From positions 1 to 64,000 of IMG/VR virus record IMGVR_UViG_3300035181_000471: 64,000 bases of DNA; one strand, written 5' to 3'. Each line of letters begins with the position of its first letter. Position 1 is the stretch's first letter. Under the pieces are notes generated by a model. The model was not told where the DNA came from. It saw only the letters and a program-made list of their open reading frames with translations, and did not search any database. Shown here piece by piece: positions 57,487 through 63,396 of the stretch. Made by a program: the position numbers and the translations under genes.

Positions 57487-57560
57487 TGGTAGCCACTTGC
57501 AGAATCGAACTGCAAACTCTTCCATGTCGAAGAAGCGGTATCCCACTTACCTAAGCGGCT
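57487..57560 (-). tRNA. tRNA-Val(GAC), C33
   Basis: Loop TC GAC AT. Confidence 0.8.
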
Positions 57561-57645
57561 ATTTTAATTCACTGGGTAGTTGCATTCACCCATCCGGTAG
57601 GGACACCTGTTTTCAAAATCCCGGCTTGTCAAGCTCCTTTAATAG

Positions 57646-57730
57646 TGGTGCGGATAGAGGGAGTCGAACCCCCATGCCGTTAGGCGCTGGCTTCTAAGAC
57701 CAGTTTGTCTACCAATTCCAACATACCCGC
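57646..57730 (-). tRNA. tRNA-Leu(TAG)
   Basis: Loop CT TAG AA, long V arm. Confidence 0.92.
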
Positions 57731-57736
57731 ATCGAA

Positions 57737-57811
57737 TGGAGCCTCTAAGGGGAATCGAACCCCTATCGTCTGATTACGAAACAGACATAATTGCCATTAT
57801 ACTACAGAGGC
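57737..57811 (-). tRNA. tRNA-Thr(CGT)
   Basis: Loop TT CGT AA; T31-T39 mismatch. Confidence 0.88.
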
Positions 57812-57841
57812 AAGAAGTAATTTAGTTGTCCAGTTAAATGT

Positions 57842-57917
57842 TGGTGTGACATGGGGGTTATGATCCCCCTCCGCGACTTTCACAGAGTCGTGTGCATCCG
57901 ATTACACCTATGTCACC
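57842..57917 (-). tRNA. tRNA-His(GTG) with non-canonical T loop
   Basis: Loop CT GTG AA; encoded G-1 opposite A73; T loop ATCATAA. Confidence 0.8.
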
Positions 57918-57959
57918 GTCTGGGGAATGAAGGACCACCTGTCCTAAATTCCGATTCTA

Positions 57960-58038
57960 TGGCGGTTCGTACGGGATTTGAACCCGTGATCTTTTGCGTG
58001 ACAGGCAAATGGGGACGGCCAGACTCCCCTAACGAACC
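57960..58038 (-). tRNA. tRNA-Asp(GTC)
   Basis: Loop CT GTC AC, G73. Confidence 0.9.
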
Positions 58039-58040
58039 AT

Positions 58041-58117
58041 TGGTACCCCCGGTAGGACTCAAACCTACATAATTCACCGTGTAAAGATGATGCCTAATCT
58101 CTCGGCGTCACAGGGGC
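58041..58117 (-). tRNA. tRNA-Val(TAC)
   Basis: Loop TT TAC AC. Confidence 0.85.
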
Positions 58118-58125
58118 ATTGATGT

Positions 58126-58201
58126 TGGAGCCGAATATCAGAATTGAACTGATCTCTCTGCGTTACAAGGGCAGAATAATTATCCACTATACTAATCCGG
58201 C
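58126..58201 (-). tRNA. tRNA-Thr(TGT)
   Basis: Loop CT TGT AA; C31-C39 mismatch. Confidence 0.85.
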
Positions 58202-58208
58202 ATGATAT

Positions 58209-58279
58209 TGGAAGGGCTGTAGGGAATCGAACCCTATCTGTTCGCTTCAAAGGCGAATCTGTCATCCTGTCTCAACCCT
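58209..58279 (-). tRNA. tRNA-Gln(TTG) with degenerate D arm
   Basis: TTCGC-CT TTG AA-GCGAA, good T arm, no clear D stem. Confidence 0.7.
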
Positions 58280-58280
58280 A

Positions 58281-58378
58281 TGGTTTCACACCTGAGCCGT
58301 CAAGCCCCAATCTCCCTAGCCCATCAAGCCGTATGGAAGACAATCGCTAGACTGATGAGATCCGTGCGATAGTGTGAA
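58281..58378 (-). ncRNA. CCA-ended tRNA-like RNA without an anticodon arm
   Basis: TTCACAC/GTGTGAA plus ACCA; nested helices ATCTC/GAGAT, CTAGC/GCTAG, CCAT/ATGG. Confidence 0.6.
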
Positions 58379-58460
58379 TGGCTCTCCATGTAGGAATCGA
58401 ACCTACTTAGCTTGCGCGACTGGTTAACAGCCAGTTACCGACCCGGACAGTATATGGAGA
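58379..58460 (-). tRNA. atypical tRNA-Asn(GTT) with extended variable arm
   Basis: ACTGG-CT GTT AA-CCAGT; V region with GC-GCAA-GC. Confidence 0.78.
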
Positions 58461-58525
58461 ATGAATTTCTTAGATAGTGGCCGTTGATCCACTTACGCTC
58501 TGTCGCTCAGTGCAGAGTATCTGTT

Positions 58526-58601
58526 TGGTGCCTCAGATGGGAGTCGAACCCACAACCAATAGAGTAAGAGTCTACTGCTCGACCAATTGAGCTTCTGAAG
58601 C
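58526..58601 (-). tRNA. tRNA-Lys(CTT)
   Basis: Loop CT CTT AC, conventional fold. Confidence 0.88.
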
Positions 58602-58671
58602 ATAAATACAGCACCCGGCACACTGGCTCTTTTACGCATACGCGACCTGTAGCCTGACGGTGTTGTGATTT

Positions 58672-58733
58672 TGGTGGATACAGTGGGTATTGAACCCACC
58701 TAGGGAGCTACCCTACTCGCCTTGAGTGTACCC
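58672..58733 (-). ncRNA. 62-nt mini-tRNA with Ala identity
   Basis: GGGTACA/TGTATCC (G3.U70), A73, CCA, T arm TTCAATA, 5-nt loop TAGCT. Confidence 0.7.
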
Positions 58734-58738
58734 ATGAT

Positions 58739-58825
58739 CGGTGATCCCAAGGGGAGTCGAACCCCTACAGTCGAGGACGCCTGGGTAAGAGCCAGGGGTG
58801 GTAGCCAGTTGCCACTATTGGGACC
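58739..58825 (-). tRNA. atypical tRNA, anticodon CTT (Lys), long V arm, foldable as 8/4, no encoded CCA
   Basis: CCTGG-CT CTT AC-CCAGG; V arm GTC/GAC; GGTCCCAA/TTGGGATC; ends ACCG. Confidence 0.75.
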
Positions 58826-58902
58826 GTAATTTGCGGCTCTAGGAACCCATCTTCCTAAATTTGATCCTGTCATGCAGGAACCGCCTATTTTTAAAGTTGC
58901 CA

Positions 58903-59259
58903 CTATTTCCAGAGTTTAAAGTTGGTAATTTCATCTTCCGCATTGGAAAGAGCATCCTCAAGGGAGGAGACTTCGGTTTCAAGATGAGAGATACGGCCTT
59001 CAAGAACTGAGAGAACTATTGCAAGACGCTCGGAAACCGTTCCATTCCAAATACCTGGAGTGTCGGGGAACATCCCACAGAGGGGGAGAATCAAGTCACT
59101 GCACTTGGTAAAGTCAGCGTAGACGGCATCTACTTCGTCCAGGGCGACCATTGCTTCCTTGGTGAAGAGTAGCATCTCGTTGGACTCAGGGTCAAAACGA
59201 GTGAGATCCTTGATGTTCTCATCAAGAGCTTCTCGGATCAGTGCAAGCTTTTCGGACAT
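58903..59259 (-). CDS. hypothetical protein
   Basis: Promoter copy plus GGAGG; start trimmed to MSEK. Confidence 0.65.
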   Translation of the reverse strand: MSEKLALIREALDENIKDLTRFDPESNEMLLFTKEAMVALDEVDAVYADFTKCSDLILPLCGMFPDTPGIWNGTVSERLAIVLSVLEGRISHLETEVSSLEDALSNAEDEITNFKLWK

Positions 59260-59275
59260 GAGTGCCTCCATAGTT

Positions 59276-59306
59276 ATTATACTCGGAAGCTTCGTGTTTT
59301 CTTACT
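59276..59306 (-). promoter_or_regulatory. putative phage promoter (AGTAAGAAAA-N13-AGTATAAT)
   Basis: Same boxes and spacing as the copy at 1555. Confidence 0.65.
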
Positions 59307-59313
59307 GTTTATT

Positions 59314-59387
59314 TGGTGGAGCCGGGGAGAATCGAACTCCCGATATCTGGATGCAAACCAGAGGTTATCCCTCTTAACTACGACCCC
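59314..59387 (-). tRNA. tRNA-Ala(TGC)
   Basis: Loop TT TGC AT, G3.U70. Confidence 0.9.
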
Positions 59388-59392
59388 AAAGC

Positions 59393-59473
59393 TAGACACA
59401 TTGTTGGCATTCTTTGAAGAGGAACACGCCAAGACTCTTGTTCAGGGGTTATGGGTTGCTGTTGATGTGTCTA
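59393..59473 (-). ncRNA. ACAGCAAC hairpin element, copy A
   Basis: TAGACACAT/ATGTGTCTA closing stem then CAACAGCAAC. Confidence 0.55.
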
Positions 59474-59499
59474 AGGGCTTAAGCACTACACTTAGGCTT

Positions 59500-59573
59500 T
59501 GGAGCGGGTTACGAGATTCGAACTCGTTTCGACAGCTTGGAAGGCTGAGGCACAACCCATATACCAAACCCGC
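59500..59573 (-). tRNA. tRNA-Gly(TCC)
   Basis: Loop CT TCC AA. Confidence 0.9.
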
Positions 59574-59583
59574 TTAGGCTACT

Positions 59584-60282
59584 TCACTTCTTAATACTCA
59601 ACTTATCAAGCTCTCGATGAAGAGCTTTCAACTTTTTTGCGACTGCTGGAGCTTCCTCTTCCATAGTGTGTTCATGCCACTCTTGGCTAGGACTACTGTG
59701 TGAGTTAGTATTAAGATCCCACCACTTCTCAAGCTCGTCGATTTTAGCTTTAATTTTTTCGATCTTGTCTTTTCGAACCTCAGGGAATTCTTGGAAGGTG
59801 ATGGCGTAATCGTCCTTGTCACCCACATAGGTTCTTCCAAAGTTTACCCAGTTCTCAACATTTCTGAGTTCTTTGTAGTGTTGACCCCAGATGTAGTCTA
59901 CACCCAGCTTCTCAGGGATGGATCTTAGTTGTCTTCCTGCTCCGTAAGCACGGTATTCAGGTAGAACAAAGATTGCAACACCTTTGATACCAGTCTTGTT
60001 TTCCAAGCCGTGGACGCCTAGCTCAACTAAATCAGAGGCGGGTTTCTTCTCTTTCTTCAAGAAGTAGCCACCAATAATCTGTCCATCAGCAAGCGCAACA
60101 TAACAATTACTGAAGTTATTGCCCATTTCTTCTTTGATTTCAGTCTTTACATCCTCTTCTGATAGCCCTAAGGACTCTTTAAAGGACTTAAAACAGACAT
60201 TTAAAGCTTCAGCTACTTCGCTACGCTTCATCTTTCTGATCTGGATATCAAAGGCTGTCTTGGTGAGTAAGGTGGAAATCAT
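59584..60282 (-). CDS. GNAT-family acetyltransferase
   Basis: YVA..DGQIIG, IFVLPEYRAYGAGRQL motif A; start trimmed to MISTLL. Confidence 0.82.
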   Translation of the reverse strand: MISTLLTKTAFDIQIRKMKRSEVAEALNVCFKSFKESLGLSEEDVKTEIKEEMGNNFSNCYVALADGQIIGGYFLKKEKKPASDLVELGVHGLENKTGIKGVAIFVLPEYRAYGAGRQLRSIPEKLGVDYIWGQHYKELRNVENWVNFGRTYVGDKDDYAITFQEFPEVRKDKIEKIKAKIDELEKWWDLNTNSHSSPSQEWHEHTMEEEAPAVAKKLKALHRELDKLSIKK

Positions 60283-60319
60283 TGTGTTCTCTCTATTGAG
60301 AAATAGAAAGTTAAAAGAT

Positions 60320-60396
60320 TGGTAGTCCCAACGGGATTCGAACCCGTGATAGCCACATTGAAAGTGTGGTGCCTTAAGCCGCTTGGCTATGAGACT
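60320..60396 (-). tRNA. tRNA-Glu(TTC)
   Basis: Loop CT TTC AA. Confidence 0.9.
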
Positions 60397-60405
60397 ACGA
60401 ATTTG

Positions 60406-60505
60406 ATCATCTGGATGGAGTCGAACCATCGGCCACCCGGAGTCCCCTGCAATTTGGTCCTTAACCGTGAGAGGTGGTGCGCTCTGACCGCTGAGCTACA
60501 AATGA
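60406..60505 (-). ncRNA. tRNA-like RNA with expanded anticodon domain
   Basis: Canonical acceptor, D and T arms; about 50 nt between D and T arms; no CCA. Confidence 0.65.
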
Positions 60506-60506
60506 T

Positions 60507-60586
60507 TGGTGTCCGTGGTCGGATTCGAACCGACAGTCACGACCTTCTGAGGATCGTTGCGTTGCCAGAGATTAGCATACACGGAC
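60507..60586 (-). tRNA. tRNA-Leu(CAG) with short variable loop
   Basis: Loop CT CAG AA; V loop TGACT. Confidence 0.85.
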
Positions 60587-60591
60587 ATGAT

Positions 60592-60665
60592 TGGCGAGAG
60601 TGCCAGGGGTCAAACCGGGGCCAAAGATTTTGGAGACCTTCATGCTATCGTAACACCTCACTCCC
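60592..60665 (-). tRNA. tRNA-Trp(CCA), second copy, irregular T arm
   Basis: Loop CT CCA AA; T loop TTTGACC. Confidence 0.72.
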
Positions 60666-60754
60666 ATGAGTAAATTTTGCAGAGTTATTGGCATATCTGC
60701 AACCTCCTTATGCAAAACCTACTGCGATCCCTACTGGGATTCTAGGTGGAGTAT

Positions 60755-60831
60755 TGGTCGGCCACAAGTGATTCGAACACTTGACCCCTTGCTCCCGAAG
60801 CAAGTGCGCTACCAGACTGCGCCAGTGGCCG
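60755..60831 (-). tRNA. tRNA-Pro(CGG)
   Basis: Loop TT CGG GA. Confidence 0.92.
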
Positions 60832-60841
60832 TTAATTTTAT

Positions 60842-60928
60842 TGGTCGGTGTGACAGGAATCGAACCTGCGTTTGTCCCTAATGGACCTAGCACCCCAAGC
60901 TAGTGGTCAACCATTGACCCACACACCG
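60842..60928 (-). tRNA. atypical tRNA-Pro(GGG) with long variable arm
   Basis: Loop TT GGG GT; V arm GTCC-ATTAG-GGAC. Confidence 0.85.
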
Positions 60929-60957
60929 AATTTCGTAACTCTGAATGAAATTTGAAT

Positions 60958-61032
60958 TGGTCGGGGTGAGAGGAATTGAACCTCCTACTACTCCCATCCA
61001 AAGAGAGGCGTCTACCGATGACTTACACCCCG
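60958..61032 (-). tRNA. tRNA-Pro(TGG)
   Basis: Loop TT TGG AT. Confidence 0.85.
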
Positions 61033-61144
61033 GTATTTTTAAGATGAATGGGGACTTTTTAGTCTTTGGATTAGTTTTAGACCATCCACATTCACAACAC
61101 ACTGGCCCATGTTTTTTAATGAGCAAAGTTCTTTCATAGTTCAA
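61033..61144 (-). pseudogene. truncated HNH-endonuclease remnant
   Basis: R..LI.KHG..C.ECGW...NP.T.K.P resembles the segment preceding an HNH core; the frame runs into tRNA-Pro. Confidence 0.55.
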
Positions 61145-61154
61145 CCTACTTTAT

Positions 61155-61229
61155 TGGTAGCCCTACCTGGGATCGAACCAGAATCTAACGATTATCGGTC
61201 GTTTGCACTAGCCATTGTGCTATAGGGCC
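61155..61229 (-). tRNA. tRNA-Ile(GAT), C33
   Basis: Loop CC GAT AA. Confidence 0.85.
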
Positions 61230-61278
61230 AATTTGGAGGCGGTCCCTCCAGCAAAGAGGGCGCTTATCCGGCGTTGGC

Positions 61279-61354
61279 TGGTGGAGCCATCGGGAGTTCA
61301 ACCCGATCCACTAGACTGCGAAACTAGTATGCCACGCCTCAACACTTTGGCCCC
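61279..61354 (-). tRNA. tRNA-Ala(CGC)
   Basis: Loop TT CGC AG, G3.U70, T31-T39 mismatch. Confidence 0.8.
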
Positions 61355-61356
61355 AT

Positions 61357-61432
61357 TGGAGCGTCTGACCGGACTTGAACCGGCTCCCTGAGTTTGGAAG
61401 ACTCTAGTGCTACCATTAAACACCACAGACGC
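61357..61432 (-). tRNA. tRNA-Gly(TCC), second copy
   Basis: Loop CT TCC AA. Confidence 0.88.
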
Positions 61433-61440
61433 ATTGAAAT

Positions 61441-61516
61441 TGGTGGATCTGACAGGGATCGAACCTGCCACCTACTGGATGCAAACCAGTCGCTCTCCCA
61501 AATGAGCTACAGACCC
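61441..61516 (-). tRNA. tRNA-Ala(TGC), second copy
   Basis: Loop TT TGC AT, G3.U70. Confidence 0.92.
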
Positions 61517-61531
61517 GTGTTTGTCTCTTAT

Positions 61532-61610
61532 TGGTGCAGGTAACGGGAGTCGAACCCGCAAAAACACAGCCTTCTCAGAACTGCCGCAATACCAAATAGC
61601 GTATACCTGC
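61532..61610 (-). tRNA. tRNA-Leu(GAG) with short variable loop
   Basis: Loop CT GAG AA; V loop TGTTTTT. Confidence 0.83.
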
Positions 61611-61617
61611 ATAGATA

Positions 61618-61696
61618 CAAGACTCTCTTTTTTCAAGGCAGGATTACCTGCGGCATCCCCATTAACAGGAGAATTTTGGTTGCTGTAAGAGTCTTG
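61618..61696 (-). ncRNA. ACAGCAAC hairpin element, copy B
   Basis: CAAGACTCT/AGAGTCTTG stem then TACAGCAAC; two inner hairpins. Confidence 0.6.
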
Positions 61697-61770
61697 GTGC
61701 CTTAGGTTGGAGTTGAACCAACCACACAAGGATTTTCAGTCCTTTGCTCTACCACCTGAGCTACTAAGGC
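61695..61770 (-). tRNA. tRNA-Phe(GAA)
   Basis: Loop CT GAA AA. Confidence 0.93.
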
Positions 61771-61848
61771 ATGATAAAAATTTGCGAGTGTGACTTACAT
61801 TGACTCCCAAGGTCACACAGACTGTAAGCCTACCTTTTTTCACAAAAT

Positions 61849-61927
61849 TGGTGGAGGATACCGGAATCGAACCGATTTCTATTCCTTTTCAGGGAATCGC
61901 TGGAATGACCACACTAGCTCACCCTCC
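61849..61927 (-). tRNA. tRNA-Phe(GAA), second copy
   Basis: Loop CT GAA AA; large D loop. Confidence 0.82.
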
Positions 61928-61944
61928 ATGATATTTAGATGAAT

Positions 61945-62029
61945 TGGTGGAACATGATGGGAATCGAACCCATAACCTCTGCACGGCATTGCGCCCAAAC
62001 AGTGTGCTTACCAAAGCCACTTCAGCCCC
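61945..62029 (-). ncRNA. tRNA-like RNA with Ala-type acceptor and elongated anticodon arm
   Basis: GGGGCTG acceptor with bulge, G3.U70, ACCA, good T arm; no 7-nt anticodon loop. Confidence 0.65.
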
Positions 62030-62035
62030 ATATAT

Positions 62036-62110
62036 TGGTGGAGCTACGGGGAGTCGAACCCCGAACTTTTGGATGCCGTCCAAATGTGTTCCCGCTAGCA
62101 CTATAGCCCC
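62036..62110 (-). tRNA. tRNA-Ala(GGC), C33
   Basis: Loop AC GGC AT, G3.U70. Confidence 0.85.
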
Positions 62111-62117
62111 ATGATGC

Positions 62118-62191
62118 TGGCTCCAAAAAGGGGAATCGAACCCCTGTCTCTGACTTAACAGGTCAGCATCCTACCATTGGATGATTTTGGA
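62118..62191 (-). tRNA. tRNA-Asn(GTT), conventional
   Basis: Loop CT GTT AA, G73. Confidence 0.9.
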
Positions 62192-62270
62192 ATAGTAAGG
62201 TCTCTCCCTTGTCAAGCCTGGATGATTAGCGGCTTTCCCTCCGAGGTTGGGTTGGACAGTGAATCGTTTT

Positions 62271-62981
62271 TTAGATTGCCTTCACTATCTCATTCGCCTG
62301 ATTTTTACAAACCCAGGTGTCCAACTTTTTAAGGACTAATTGTCCATGATCAAATTCCCAATGACAGTTGGGGCAAAGACCAACCAGATTATCGGGGGCA
62401 TTGATTTCTTTCAGTGTAGCGGAATCTGGGAAACTCATTACTGCTTGAATATGGCAGACCTCCACATGCTTACTATACCCACAATTAAAACAAGAATCGG
62501 TCTTGTGGCAAACACTAGCTATTCTTTGAGCGTGTTTTGTTATAACAGACCTAGCTCTCTGCCAATTAGTGCCACCGGATTCAGATTTCCCAAATAACTC
62601 TAACTTTGTTACATGGTCTCTTTTCCCTTTTAGGGGGTCTTTCTCTGCTTTAATCTTAACTACTTTTTCCTTTTTAGGTCTAAGTTTGTTATTGTAAGAG
62701 GCCGCGCAAGAGGTGGAACAGAAAATCCCGCTTTTAGTCTGAGATGGGACTCTGTGAAACTGCTTGGAACAGTTAAAACAAGAGACCTCTAATCGAGTTA
62801 TGTTATGATCGTGAAAGCATCGTTGGGAGCAGAATAATTTGATTTGCCCTCGTCTTTTCGATATAATTAAGTTGGCCTTAGATTGAGTGGTCTCTTTCCC
62901 ACACTGCTCACAAACTACAGGAATGCGATCTTTGTATTTCTTGTCCTTATATTCGATCAGCAGCGTTTCTAGTTGAGTCAT
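62271..62981 (-). CDS. HNH homing endonuclease with N-terminal Zn ribbons
   Basis: CxxC/FCSxxC repeats; C..CGY...EVCHI...N..NL..LCPNCH. Confidence 0.88.
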   Translation of the reverse strand: MTQLETLLIEYKDKKYKDRIPVVCEQCGKETTQSKANLIISKRRGQIKLFCSQRCFHDHNITRLEVSCFNCSKQFHRVPSQTKSGIFCSTSCAASYNNKLRPKKEKVVKIKAEKDPLKGKRDHVTKLELFGKSESGGTNWQRARSVITKHAQRIASVCHKTDSCFNCGYSKHVEVCHIQAVMSFPDSATLKEINAPDNLVGLCPNCHWEFDHGQLVLKKLDTWVCKNQANEIVKAI

Positions 62982-63020
62982 AATTTCTCCCTCTATAATC
63001 AAGAGTTAGAAAGTCGATTT

Positions 63021-63097
63021 TGGTTGCGGGAGGTGGAATCGAACCACGCTTTCACTATGAGCTTATGAGACTCTAGGCCAACCTCTGGCCCCGCTAT
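63021..63097 (-). tRNA. tRNA(CAT), initiator-like 1:72 mismatch, irregular
   Basis: Loop CT CAT AA; A1/A72; lacks the three GC pairs of initiators. Confidence 0.68.
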
Positions 63098-63105
63098 AAT
63101 TTTAT

Positions 63106-63180
63106 TGGTCCTCCAGGCAGGAATTGAACCCGCACTTCATGGTTCGAAGCCATGTGTTCTATCCGTTATACTACTGGAAG
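63106..63180 (-). tRNA. tRNA-Arg(TCG)
   Basis: Loop CT TCG AA. Confidence 0.88.
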
Positions 63181-63189
63181 ATAATTTCT

Positions 63190-63307
63190 CGGCCTTGGGG
63201 TTGTGGCCCCTCGCTTGCGTCTGACTCCCTGCCATCAGTCAGAACCGTGTATAGAGCCGCTAAGTCTTCCTACCTACTCCATACGGAGAGGGGCTCTCTT
63301 GTGCGGC
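63190..63307 (-). ncRNA. candidate structured RNA, about 120 nt
   Basis: On the + strand: GGGG/CCCC, TCTGACT/AGTCAGA, AGAGCC/GGCTCT enclosing CTCC-ATAC-GGAG. Confidence 0.45.
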
Positions 63308-63308
63308 A

Positions 63309-63396
63309 TGGCGGAAGATACAGGAATCGAACCTGCTTGCCTTTGACAGCCCATGCTTTCCAGGCATGTGTGACGCTCCTACTTCACCGATCTTCC
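63309..63396 (-). tRNA. tRNA-Ser(GGA)
   Basis: Loop CT GGA AA, long V arm. Confidence 0.9.

Noticed and set aside
57627-57632. TTGACA on the minus strand (also near 62210) as a sigma70 promoter
   Set aside because: No -10 box at 17-bp spacing for the copy checked (57627); not supported as a promoter.
61233-61278. tRNA-like 3' fragment (CCCTC/GAGGG hairpin ending ...CCTCCA)
   Set aside because: No matching 5' acceptor strand and no T-loop consensus; at most a remnant.
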